From Fidelibacterota bacterium (GTDB lineage Bacteria > Fidelibacterota > Marinisomatia > Marinisomatales > TCS55), in the NCBI GenBank assembly GCA_046861385.1, contig JBHHTW010000007.1:1-64000 (forward strand): a stretch of 64,000 bases of DNA, read 5' to 3'. The translations under genes were made by a program, and so were the position numbers. This document shows positions 19,876 to 30,165 of this stretch, piece by piece. The notes under the pieces are model-generated. The model saw only the letters and a program-made list of their open reading frames with translations. It was not told the DNA's origin and ran no database searches. How positions within the stretch are numbered: the first letter of the stretch is position 1; the number at the start of each line of letters is the position of its first letter.

Positions 19876-22800
19876 CTACAGATTTATTCTTAAACCAAAC
19901 CGAATCTGCCTTGGGGCTCCCCAATTATATGGATGGGAAATTTTCGCATTATATAAATCAGCCCCAATCGATTCTCCATATTTATCCAGCCACACAGCTT
20001 TTCCCTCTGCCGTGGATAACCAATTATCGTTCCCCGGCTCACCAGTTGCCGCATAAACATCTTTAACAATCTCACTGTTAAAGACATTTTCAACTTGCAG
20101 ATACACATTTAACCTTGTCCCCATCAAATTAAATCCTTTATCAATCTGAAGGCCAACATTAAAGTTTGCCGGCATTACACCGGTATTCAGACCGGCAATA
20201 GGCCTGGACGGATCGCTTGTTTGGAATACCTCTGATCGGATGTGCGATGGGGTGAAACGTGTGCCTGATCCAAATTCCGCAAGAATATTCACTCCGAAAT
20301 TTGAGAGTAATCCGCTGTGATCGCCCGTGCGATAATCAATGGTGATATTTCCAGTGTGTCGCTGATCAAACTCCAGGGGTGATACAAACGTCGGGGAGTT
20401 TCCACTTTGCCATGCAATGGTATACTGCCTGGTGGAGTTTGAACCTGTCCCTCCGGCGTAGGATAATGTATAATTTGCATTGACCTGTACGTTATTGATT
20501 CGCCGCATACCAAAAGCGAACGACAAACCTTTGACGGTGCCATAATCACCATTCACGTATACTGCATAATTTAGCGGATAAGCCGCCCCAGTTACGTCGG
20601 TTACATTACGAATGGTTACATAGCCGGACATTTGCTTATAAAAAACGGTCGCGTCAACGCTGATATCATTGGTAATCAGCTGTTTAAAACCAAGTTCATA
20701 TTGGGTGGTGATAACCGGCTGTAGGTCCGGATTTCCGCTGGTGGTATAGTTTCCTTGCTGCATGTTTGCCAAGAATCTTGTATAGCTAATGAACATGCGG
20801 TTTAATTCGGGTTGCTGAATGAATTTTCCATACTGAGCATGAAAAACTGTTTTATCCGTTACCGGAAAAGCCATGCCGACTCTCGGGCTTAATAGCGTTC
20901 TTACCTCTGATTTGATTTGGAGAGGCTTACCGGTGGCATCGTAGGCTGTGGGAGTCAGGCTTCGATATTTATCATCGCTGTCTGCTTCGCCATTTTCATT
21001 GGTGTCATCTAAATAAACTGTTTCTGCCAATTGACCGGTTTTGCTGTCAATAATTATATTCAGTGCGCCGCCGGTTTCCGGATTGAACCGCTTATTATCC
21101 GGATCAATTCGATCATATCTTAGCCCAAGATTCAATATTAAATCTTTTAGTTCCAGTTTATCTTGTATGTACACGGCGGAAATCAAAGGGTTTCTTGCTC
21201 CGTCTAATCCGCTATCTAATTTTTTTTGCCCCGTTAAATCATACCCAATATTATCTGCATAAGCATTCATATATGCATCAAAAATAGATTTATCGTAATA
21301 CGTATCATATTCTTCACTGCTGATTGCGTCATTTTCATCTGTATCCCAAGAAGTACCAATTAGGGAATCTTTTTGAGCAGCTGAATACGGCGCAGTCTGC
21401 TGCAGCGTTGAAGCCAGCCTCATGGGGGCAAGAATTCGATAATAACGAATTGTATATTTTCGATGGTCAATACCGGCTTTTATTTCATGACGTCCCATCT
21501 GTTTTGTAATAGATCCTGTAATTCCTAAATGACTCATATCCTGTTTTGTATAGTCATCCCATACGCGACCGGCAAAAGCAAACTGAGCGACTGAATCAGC
21601 CAATCCCGGTCTTGTCCCGGCGGTTGGAAGTAAAGGCGTTACCCAAGATTCCGCCGCATAATCATATCGCTTTCCGTATTGCAGAAATGGATATATGTCA
21701 CTTTCTGAACCATCATCAAAAAGAAATTTTCCATTTCCTTCGCCAAATAAGGGGTCGTATTCTTCATACTGATCACTAAACTTGCTAACCTGAAAAGAAA
21801 GATATGTATTCTTTGCCAAAGCTCCTGTCAATCGGGCATATAAGGTTGATGTGGACGATTCGTTCTTTGGAAAACGGAGTTTTAACGACCCGTTATCATT
21901 GTAATAATTAAACAAACTGAAGCTATGAATATATGAACTGCGTTCTTCACTGAAAAAAGAGCCGCCTGTTTTCAATTTGAGCGGCAGGCCAATTAAGTCC
22001 TTAAAATTCACAACAACATTCCCATTCAACATAGAGCGGGTAGATCCGTTGTTAGGCAAGGGTCCGTTCTGATATTCAATATCATCGCCTGAAACATGAA
22101 ATGCATCATACTTCCCATTTCCATTTGCATCAACATACTCTTCTGCCTCTTCCTGTAATGGTCCGATTTTTGGATTTGAGTAAACGGTGCCATCATCCAC
22201 CCAGTAATTTTTGTCATCCCAAACACCATTTCCATTGGCATCCGTAAACTCTTCGCCGTTGGCAGGCAACCCTGTTGTTTGATCCAGATCACCGGTATAA
22301 ACGGGATGGGTCCCCCAAGAGCTATTTGCATCATCCAAATTTTTGAATTCTCCTGCAAATGAATAACGTATAGCATTTATACCCGGGACAGGCCCGGATA
22401 CGGAACCGGAAAGTAAATTATACCCATAGGAAAAGGCTGATGGATCTCCTGATGTCGGAAGACCTGCATCTGTTAAACTTTCAAAGGAAGCCTGGAGTTT
22501 TTCACGCCCCTCCTTTGTTGTGGCGCTAATAATACCGGAATTTGCAGATCCGTATTCGGCATTAAACCCGCCTGCCTGAAAGGATATTTCTTCTAATGCT
22601 GTATTAGGGACTTCCATTGTGCCCCTGGCAGGAGTTGCGGCTATCCCTCCGCTTGAAGTACCGGAGGCGCCTATACTTGAATATGGATTATTTACATAAA
22701 CGCCATCAATATAATATCCAACTTCATCGGTTCGTCCACCGCGGACATGGAGATCGCCACCTGTGCTGACGACGCCCGTTTGCAAAGAGGCAATTGAGTT

Positions 22801-23247
22801 ATATCCTCGCAAAGGCATATTTTGAATATCTTCGGACCGAATAACGCGTACTTCGTTTGTCGCATTGATTTCTATCAGAGGTTTTTCGGCAATAACAATA
22901 ACTTCTTGGCCCTCAATCGCCTCGGGCTCTAATTCAATGTTGTATAAATTTGTTGTCAAGTCCTTTGTTACTCGGACATCCTTCATGGTTATTTCAGCAT
23001 ATCCAATGTATGAAAATTTAACATTATACAAACCGGGCTGAACAAACAAAATGAAAAATTCACCGTTCGGGCTTGTTGCCGCTCCCATCGATGTGCCTTC
23101 CAAAAGTACGTTTACTCCCGGGAGTACATTGCCGTTTTCCTTATCGATTACAGTACCTGTTATTTTCCCTGTATCACCAGCAGAAATAACCAATGGCAAC
23201 GCAATGAAAAGAGCTGTTGTTAAAAATTTGATAGAACGTTTTAACAT
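19876..23247 (-). CDS. TonB-dependent receptor with CarboxypepD_reg N-domain and DxNxNG-containing insertions
   Basis: TGKITGTV.D, plug (HVRGGR..EV.YYIDG; GGFNAEYG), SPRVG.AFP, GNPDL.P, C-terminal PRQIRFGLRINL. Confidence 0.92.
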   Translation of the reverse strand: MLKRSIKFLTTALFIALPLVISAGDTGKITGTVIDKENGNVLPGVNVLLEGTSMGAATSPNGEFFILFVQPGLYNVKFSYIGYAEITMKDVRVTKDLTTNLYNIELEPEAIEGQEVIVIAEKPLIEINATNEVRVIRSEDIQNMPLRGYNSIASLQTGVVSTGGDLHVRGGRTDEVGYYIDGVYVNNPYSSIGASGTSSGGIAATPARGTMEVPNTALEEISFQAGGFNAEYGSANSGIISATTKEGREKLQASFESLTDAGLPTSGDPSAFSYGYNLLSGSVSGPVPGINAIRYSFAGEFKNLDDANSSWGTHPVYTGDLDQTTGLPANGEEFTDANGNGVWDDKNYWVDDGTVYSNPKIGPLQEEAEEYVDANGNGKYDAFHVSGDDIEYQNGPLPNNGSTRSMLNGNVVVNFKDLIGLPLKLKTGGSFFSEERSSYIHSFSLFNYYNDNGSLKLRFPKNESSTSTLYARLTGALAKNTYLSFQVSKFSDQYEEYDPLFGEGNGKFLFDDGSESDIYPFLQYGKRYDYAAESWVTPLLPTAGTRPGLADSVAQFAFAGRVWDDYTKQDMSHLGITGSITKQMGRHEIKAGIDHRKYTIRYYRILAPMRLASTLQQTAPYSAAQKDSLIGTSWDTDENDAISSEEYDTYYDKSIFDAYMNAYADNIGYDLTGQKKLDSGLDGARNPLISAVYIQDKLELKDLILNLGLRYDRIDPDNKRFNPETGGALNIIIDSKTGQLAETVYLDDTNENGEADSDDKYRSLTPTAYDATGKPLQIKSEVRTLLSPRVGMAFPVTDKTVFHAQYGKFIQQPELNRMFISYTRFLANMQQGNYTTSGNPDLQPVITTQYELGFKQLITNDISVDATVFYKQMSGYVTIRNVTDVTGAAYPLNYAVYVNGDYGTVKGLSFAFGMRRINNVQVNANYTLSYAGGTGSNSTRQYTIAWQSGNSPTFVSPLEFDQRHTGNITIDYRTGDHSGLLSNFGVNILAEFGSGTRFTPSHIRSEVFQTSDPSRPIAGLNTGVMPANFNVGLQIDKGFNLMGTRLNVYLQVENVFNSEIVKDVYAATGEPGNDNWLSTAEGKAVWLDKYGESIGADLYNAKISHPYNWGAPRQIRFGLRINL

Positions 23248-23553
23248 AACAATTCTCCGTTTTTTAATTTTATTGTTGTGTTCATTGACAAAAAAGAACT
23301 CCGCACATGTTCAAGGTGAGGGTGATATTAAGTGATTGCAACTATACTATCAATAAATAATTAATATTAAGAACAATTGACAATAATAATAGGAAGGTGA
23401 TATTTGAGCAATTATATCTACTTATTTTGTCACGTGGATAGTCGAAGCTTTTAATAAAAGACTGGTCGTCAAAAATTTTATTATTTCCTGCCTTTTGTCT
23501 CTCCTCGGTTTATTGTAAATCTTAAACAGTAATGTAAATCAATTATATACTGT

Positions 23554-25002
23554 TTACCAATCGTCTCCGTATGGGCCGCCGTAGATACCCATATCATTTC
23601 TTGTCCCATTAACGTCTTTGAATATATCTCCAGGATGGCCTGCGTTCAAAGCTGGAGAATCAGTAAATAAATGATAGTCTCCTCTATCTGCATTCATAAA
23701 AAGTGGATTTAAATTAATATTACCATTTCCTGAAACAACCCTGAATTCGTCCGAGAGCGTATAAATCGCGGAGGTTGGGTATAATTTATAATCATCTTCA
23801 CCGCCATTTTTCCATACAATTGAATTTAAGATTGTAATATTTCCATTATTAACAATAGCGCCGCTATTACTTCTACTGGATGTTATGTTCCTGTAAAAAA
23901 CACAATTCACTATATTGGCATTGCCGGTTTCTCCAATAATTAATGCACCTCCAAGTCCGCTTCTGTTTTTCTCAAATAAACAATTATTTATTTCTGTATC
24001 AGAATTGATGATTATAGCTCCACCTTCCCTATTTGTACTATTCCGGTTAAATTTTGTATTACGAATGAATAATTGGCCATCATGTTGATAAAGGCCCGCG
24101 CCGGATCCTGGTATTTGCGTATAGTTATTTCTAATGTTGCAATTAATAATTGAATTTTGCCCATCAGATAAGATGCCTCCTCCTCGTACTTGAGAAATAT
24201 TATTCACGAGAGAGCATTTCTCTAACAAAGCATTGTTTTGTAAATACACCCCACCGCCCATACCGTACGGATAAATCTGTGTTTTAGTATCATTAGAAAC
24301 CGCCCGGTTACTTCGGATAATACAATTTCTGATGATTGCAGTACCGCTGGCATGAACGCCGCCTCCAGCCAACGCGCGGCCTCCAGTGACTGTGAATCCA
24401 ACGAGCTGACCTTTATTGATCGTCACCACAGATCCCGTGTCTGGAGCTGCCCCCAACACTGTAATTTCCGGTATTAAAACACCTCGAATAACTACTTTTT
24501 TATCTAGAAATTTAAAATGATCCCGATAAAGACCGGGGAAAACATTTATAGTATCTCCATCATCAATAAAGTGAGAATCAAAAGCCAGCTGCAAAGAATC
24601 ATATTGTTCCGGAACTTTTATAGAAGACACGTTTGGAACCTCCAGCGGCGCTGACAGGGCATGGATAAATTGATCATCTTGATCGACCATACGAACCCGA
24701 TATTGAAAGGTGACGTCATCATCAATTATATCCGTATAGGTCACTTGTAAGGAGTCTGGAATATGAACCCTTTCTTCCCAAACCATACTATCGCCATAGG
24801 CGGCGGAACGTTCAACTAAAAATTCCTTAAACTTCGTTATCGTTATTTTAGACCATTCTATGGTTACAGCGGTCGGAATATATATTTTTTCTCCATTATA
24901 GTTATGGGTAACCCTAAATATGTCGTCTTCCGTCGGCTGGGTGGAAAAGGGCGATTCACATGCAAGAAAAATTATTACGAATATCAGGGCTAATCGCTTC
25001 AT
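23554..25002 (-). CDS. Lipoprotein with FN3-like domain and right-handed parallel beta-helix repeats
   Basis: Lipobox FLAC; repeated GGG/GGA.. and N-rich beta-helix turns; DYHL..DSPALNAG.P...DMG.YGGP tail. Confidence 0.82.
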   Translation of the reverse strand: MKRLALIFVIIFLACESPFSTQPTEDDIFRVTHNYNGEKIYIPTAVTIEWSKITITKFKEFLVERSAAYGDSMVWEERVHIPDSLQVTYTDIIDDDVTFQYRVRMVDQDDQFIHALSAPLEVPNVSSIKVPEQYDSLQLAFDSHFIDDGDTINVFPGLYRDHFKFLDKKVVIRGVLIPEITVLGAAPDTGSVVTINKGQLVGFTVTGGRALAGGGVHASGTAIIRNCIIRSNRAVSNDTKTQIYPYGMGGGVYLQNNALLEKCSLVNNISQVRGGGILSDGQNSIINCNIRNNYTQIPGSGAGLYQHDGQLFIRNTKFNRNSTNREGGAIIINSDTEINNCLFEKNRSGLGGALIIGETGNANIVNCVFYRNITSSRSNSGAIVNNGNITILNSIVWKNGGEDDYKLYPTSAIYTLSDEFRVVSGNGNINLNPLFMNADRGDYHLFTDSPALNAGHPGDIFKDVNGTRNDMGIYGGPYGDDW

Positions 25003-25005
25003 GGA

Positions 25006-27204
25006 TTATATACTAATTTTCAGTGTAATTATTTCCCGGTAGCGCTCAAAATAATTGAATCCTTGTCGGATGCTTTCTTCCAAGGTTAAATCCAACTCGT
25101 CTTTAGACATCATATTTCTTACGGTGTATGATAAACTGCAATTAATCTTCCAGATTTTCTTTTTCAATGAAACATTTAAATTTGAATTTTCCTGTGGTTT
25201 GCGAATTCCTTCACCAAAACCATTAATATAATAAAATTGCTGACCTTCGATCAAATAATCATAACTAAAGGTTAACCATCCAAGATTTAACTCTGCGGTA
25301 GACACAAAACGATATTCTGGTTTATTTGGAAATACTCGAATATTACTGATTCCCAACCATGTGCCGCTGCTGCTAACTGAGAATTTATCATTAAACATTT
25401 TCATCTTTAATGCCGCTTCAAATCCACGAATATCGGCAGTGAGATCATTAAAGGGAACAGCGGGCCCAACTTCAACGGGACGATAGGCAATTTTGTTAGT
25501 GTAATCATGAATGAACACGCCTAAAATGATGTTTATTTCTGAAATAGGAAAATCGGTCTGAATATCCATAAATGTCATATCCATATTTATTTCGGTGGCC
25601 GATAAATTTTCCCGGGTTAACACAGTATCCATTGAACTGTCAAACTCGGCATGCACAAACCGGAATTGGTCGCTCAAGGTCGGTAACCGAGAATTGCTGC
25701 CTGAGTTAACAAATAGTGAATAGCGCAATTGATTTGTTTGCCCGTCTATATGCACGCCCAAGCGCTTACTGGACACTAATAATGAAGACGAATTGTAATC
25801 TAAAAGGTTGTTTTCGTTTGGTATCCCATTTGTATAATATCTAGTTAACTCATTCCGAATTGTTTTTATATTGTTTCGTCGATAACTAAATTCCCAGTTT
25901 ATGTGATCAATGACAGGGCTGTCGCTTATAATCGCCCAGCGCGAAACCCATGCAAGCGCATTTGTTTTTCTTGACATTTCAGCAATTTTATCTACTGTTG
26001 AAAATCCATCAACGTCATAATATGATCGGTCTCCGTTAAAATATTGTTCTTCAGACTCCAGCTGAATAGTGTTTTTTATATCTTGAATTGAAAATCCTTT
26101 TGATGCTTGCAAGGTAAGTGATCCATCTTCAAGGAGTTCATTAATACTCGTAAAATAATCTTGATTTAATTCCCAGTTTCTTTGTCCTGCCATAAATGTC
26201 CAATTCTTCGAATTCATTATTGAACCTTCATATTTACCGCTTATGACTTTCAGTCCATCATCCGAAGTCACACTCCCGGATTCAAATTCTAGAGTTTTAT
26301 CCAGCTTATACCAGCTAATATCGAATCTGCCTAAATAGAGGTTTAAGCCTCCAAATGCATTATTAAAAATGGACGTTGTAATGGTCCGTCCGCCATAGGC
26401 TCTCTTTTTCCCGGTAAATCGACCGCCAACACCTACCGGACCGTAAACACCGGTTGCGCCGAATGACTGGTCAAGATCATCGCTATATGTTTGACCAAAT
26501 CCTTCTGTAACATATCCGGAATTATTTTTTGCCTTTTTGCTTTCGACGTTCACCACCCCGCCGATAGCATCACTTCCAAACAAGGCAGAGCCTCCTCCTT
26601 TAACGACTTGAATTTGATCAATAGAATTCAAATCAAGAAAAGACAAATCCGCTACCCCGGTATTGGAGTCATTAATTCGTACACCGTCAAGAAAAACAGC
26701 AACATCTGTCGCATTGCTGCCTCGAATGCTTACAGTTTGTTTCCCGCTGTTAGCATAATTTAATTGCAGACTGGACACCCGTCTCAAGGCGCTGCCGATA
26801 TCCCTGGCTCCCTGCAATTCAATCACTTCAATATCAATACGGTCTACAGCAGATGCTACATCAATTTCTACTTTTCTTCGCGCACCAACCACATCAATTT
26901 CCTGGCCGGAGATGATAGCAGCTTTTAATTCAACCAGTAAAAAACTATCGTTTTTTACCGTGATTGTCATCGGATCATAACCAATATGTGAAATTTTAAT
27001 TGAAAATGGGAAATTTTGCTTGGTTGAAAGTGTGAAAAGACCTTCCACATCGGAAGCCGTGCCCTCATCACTGTTGGCAATTGATATATTAACACCGGCT
27101 ACAGGTGCGCCATTTTTTGCGTTTACAGTTTGTCCGGGAATTTCATGCACCTGTGCCAATATGCAGGATAATGAAAAAAGGGAAAAAGATATGGATCGGA
27201 TCAT
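25006..27204 (-). CDS. TonB-dependent receptor
   Basis: Plug motifs VSIRGS..V.VFLDG and QVVKGGGSALFGSDAIGGVVN. Confidence 0.88.
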   Translation of the reverse strand: MIRSISFSLFSLSCILAQVHEIPGQTVNAKNGAPVAGVNISIANSDEGTASDVEGLFTLSTKQNFPFSIKISHIGYDPMTITVKNDSFLLVELKAAIISGQEIDVVGARRKVEIDVASAVDRIDIEVIELQGARDIGSALRRVSSLQLNYANSGKQTVSIRGSNATDVAVFLDGVRINDSNTGVADLSFLDLNSIDQIQVVKGGGSALFGSDAIGGVVNVESKKAKNNSGYVTEGFGQTYSDDLDQSFGATGVYGPVGVGGRFTGKKRAYGGRTITTSIFNNAFGGLNLYLGRFDISWYKLDKTLEFESGSVTSDDGLKVISGKYEGSIMNSKNWTFMAGQRNWELNQDYFTSINELLEDGSLTLQASKGFSIQDIKNTIQLESEEQYFNGDRSYYDVDGFSTVDKIAEMSRKTNALAWVSRWAIISDSPVIDHINWEFSYRRNNIKTIRNELTRYYTNGIPNENNLLDYNSSSLLVSSKRLGVHIDGQTNQLRYSLFVNSGSNSRLPTLSDQFRFVHAEFDSSMDTVLTRENLSATEINMDMTFMDIQTDFPISEINIILGVFIHDYTNKIAYRPVEVGPAVPFNDLTADIRGFEAALKMKMFNDKFSVSSSGTWLGISNIRVFPNKPEYRFVSTAELNLGWLTFSYDYLIEGQQFYYINGFGEGIRKPQENSNLNVSLKKKIWKINCSLSYTVRNMMSKDELDLTLEESIRQGFNYFERYREIITLKISI

Positions 27205-27355
27205 TATAATATCATCAAACTAATGGAGTGGAAATTAATGTATTTTGAAAGAGAATCTATCTATTTTACTGTTTCTGATTTTCGACCCAACCTATTATAT
27301 ATAAAGTGGGAACAACTTTTGAATTGCCCCCACCACAATAAATTTGCCTACTTTA

Positions 27356-30127
27356 CTATTTACGCTTATCCACTATCGCCAAAAGTGCCGGTAAAACAAA
27401 TATGGATGCTAATAAGCAGGTACCAACACCTATAAAAAGCGCTATTCCAAGACTGCCGAAACCACGGTAAACAGCAAATACCAACGAACCAAATGCCAGC
27501 ATTGTTGTCAGCGAGGTTATGATGATCGCCTTGCCTGTGGAACTGAAAACAGTAAATATTGCGCCCTTACCTTCATGGTGGTAACGATGAATTAAATGGA
27601 CGCCGTCATCAATACCAATACCAATGATCAGTGGAATCGCCATGATATTCAGCAGCGTTAGCTGGATGCCGGTCAGGCCCATAATTCCCACCATCCATAT
27701 GACTCCGAAAAAGAGCGGGATCATAGCCAGCAGGGCTTTTTTCAGCGACCTGAAATCAAACCACAGGAATAGTACCACCACTACAATCGTCAGTACTGCG
27801 GCCCGGCGGCCATCGGCGCCGATGATCTTCATCAGATAATAAAACATGGGCGGTGTTCCAGAAATGCTGGGAGAAATAGCTAAAATATCATTAGTGAATA
27901 CTTCCAGATAATCAATACTCCAGATATTACCTTTGGGGTAGAGTGTCAGCAGAAACCGCTCACCCTTCTCGCTCATATGAGTACTTTTTACGGAAGCCGG
28001 TAACATATCCAGCGTGATTGTAGTCGTATCAGCCATGTTTAGGACCAGGCTGCGATAAGCGTCTCCGAATTCCTGATTGAATTCGCCCAGCCGTTCCAAC
28101 CGTACAGGTTTTTTCTCCATGCGGGCAATGAAACGACTCAGATTGCCAACCAATTGCGGTTGATCAGGATTGCCCACAATTCGAGTTGCTTTCTGATCTA
28201 TCATATCCTGGCCACCTGTGAACGCCATATCCTGCATTTCAATGACGTTGGCCTCCAAACGGTATAACTCATCGATTATCCCGGCTCGTTGAACAGCGGT
28301 AATACTTGAAGTCACGGTAGCCCGTTCCATTTTTTCACCGATTCGCATAATACCTGGCTTTCGTTTGTTCTGTTCTACCGCATAAGGCAAGTAATCAGAT
28401 ATGGATTCTACATAACTTATCGATGATTTTTTCTTTGCTGCTTCGGTGTATTCATGGTTCTGCTCTAGTGATGTAGCAGTCATCAGAGCCGCATCGGCAG
28501 AGAAATTGAACTTTTCAATGATCAAATCATTCAGGGCGATGGATTCAAGACCTTCCGGTTCCATGTTCAGGTAATTGTAATCAAAGGTGACTCGCATCAT
28601 CATGAAACCAAAAAACAGGGAGACAATTAGCCCAGCCACAAGAGAGAATCGCCACTTGCGGTGAATTCCTTCACCAATTTTTCCGATCCGGGCATAGGCC
28701 ACATCGCGGGTTTTTTTCAATTCCTTGCCGCGCCAAACCCGGTAACGCTCTCGCAGCATCAACATTGTTGGCATGGCAATCAGGGTGGCAATCATGATAA
28801 CAATTAACCCCATGCCGCATACCAAACCAAATTCCGATATCCCGGCGCTACGCCCGACCAACAAGGTGAGAAAGGCGGCCGCAGTTGTCAAGCCACCGGT
28901 AATGATTCCGCCACCGACCTTCTGCAGGGTTTCGATGATTGCCTGCTTCGGCTCAGTGCCTTTATTTACCAATTCTGAAAAAACTGAAATAATATGGATC
29001 GAGAAATCAATTCCAAGCCCCACCAATACCACCGCCATCATGGCGGTGAACATATTCAGGGTCTGTACCAACAACCAGGCCATACCCATGGCCCAAGTAA
29101 TGCCAATGATAAGATTTAGCACCGCCATGACCGGAGAACTGACCATCCTGAAAGTAAAGATAAACAGGATCAGGATCAGAATTAATGCCAACATTGTCAA
29201 CCACATGGAATCTTCCACGGCGGCCACCATCTCATCGCGTCCCAACACCAGTGCGCCGGTCAGTCCGGTCTTGATATTGTAGTTGACGGCTTCCTTTTTA
29301 ACCATTTCTTCCAAGCCGTTCACCATTGGCATTAGATGATCCATCTCCATAATGCTGAAACTTGCCTCAACCGTGATCAACAACAAAGAGCGATCAGGTG
29401 ATACCAGATAGGGGTTTCCGATGGCGGCCGCTTCCGCCGCCAGCGGCCCTCTGGTTGGATCGAATTCATCACCATATAGGGCCAACTCAGTGTGGTCAAC
29501 CCAGCTTTCAATTCCATCCAAAAACATCGTTGCTGCCTGCTCACGCTGGGTGGTGGATATTTTTTCTTCGGACTGGATATATTCTTTTTCCAGACTATTA
29601 TTAAGATTTGTCAAATACGGTAGCAGATTCGGATTCTCAAAAATTTCCTGCGTATTTTTCAAATCTTTGGGTTTGATCAACATCAACCCATGGTTACGGA
29701 TGAATTCGGTTGGCTGCATATATTCTACGCGTTTTATGTATTGATCATTTCCTTCGATTTTACCCGCAGCTACTTTGTCTCGAGCCTTTTGCAATTGTTT
29801 TTTTACATTGTCTGAGCCATTGGTTTCGATCCAGGATTCAAGTTTCTTAACCCGAGGGGTTATTTCCTCGGCAAACCGGATCATGTCCTTCATTTCTCCT
29901 TGGGCTACAATGAAAATGGTGGAAGCTCCATTGAATTCTTCAAAAATATAGTTGAACTCATCAACCATTGGATCATCCTTAGGCAGAAGTCCGGTCATGT
30001 CCATTGTCATTTCCAGTTGTTCGGATAATCCGCCAAAAAAGATGGTCAGAGCGATAATAACCAATAGCATCCACCAAGTTTTTTCGCCGGCCCAGCGGCC
30101 TAAAGTTGTTAAAAATCTCTGTTGCAT
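27356..30127 (-). CDS. MMPL/RND family transporter
   Basis: Two TM halves with GLGIDFSIH and GIGIDDGVH motifs. Confidence 0.92.
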   Translation of the reverse strand: MQQRFLTTLGRWAGEKTWWMLLVIIALTIFFGGLSEQLEMTMDMTGLLPKDDPMVDEFNYIFEEFNGASTIFIVAQGEMKDMIRFAEEITPRVKKLESWIETNGSDNVKKQLQKARDKVAAGKIEGNDQYIKRVEYMQPTEFIRNHGLMLIKPKDLKNTQEIFENPNLLPYLTNLNNSLEKEYIQSEEKISTTQREQAATMFLDGIESWVDHTELALYGDEFDPTRGPLAAEAAAIGNPYLVSPDRSLLLITVEASFSIMEMDHLMPMVNGLEEMVKKEAVNYNIKTGLTGALVLGRDEMVAAVEDSMWLTMLALILILILFIFTFRMVSSPVMAVLNLIIGITWAMGMAWLLVQTLNMFTAMMAVVLVGLGIDFSIHIISVFSELVNKGTEPKQAIIETLQKVGGGIITGGLTTAAAFLTLLVGRSAGISEFGLVCGMGLIVIMIATLIAMPTMLMLRERYRVWRGKELKKTRDVAYARIGKIGEGIHRKWRFSLVAGLIVSLFFGFMMMRVTFDYNYLNMEPEGLESIALNDLIIEKFNFSADAALMTATSLEQNHEYTEAAKKKSSISYVESISDYLPYAVEQNKRKPGIMRIGEKMERATVTSSITAVQRAGIIDELYRLEANVIEMQDMAFTGGQDMIDQKATRIVGNPDQPQLVGNLSRFIARMEKKPVRLERLGEFNQEFGDAYRSLVLNMADTTTITLDMLPASVKSTHMSEKGERFLLTLYPKGNIWSIDYLEVFTNDILAISPSISGTPPMFYYLMKIIGADGRRAAVLTIVVVVLFLWFDFRSLKKALLAMIPLFFGVIWMVGIMGLTGIQLTLLNIMAIPLIIGIGIDDGVHLIHRYHHEGKGAIFTVFSSTGKAIIITSLTTMLAFGSLVFAVYRGFGSLGIALFIGVGTCLLASIFVLPALLAIVDKRK

Positions 30128-30165
30128 TTTATTCCCTTTCCAAAATTCGATTCATTATTCTCAAA

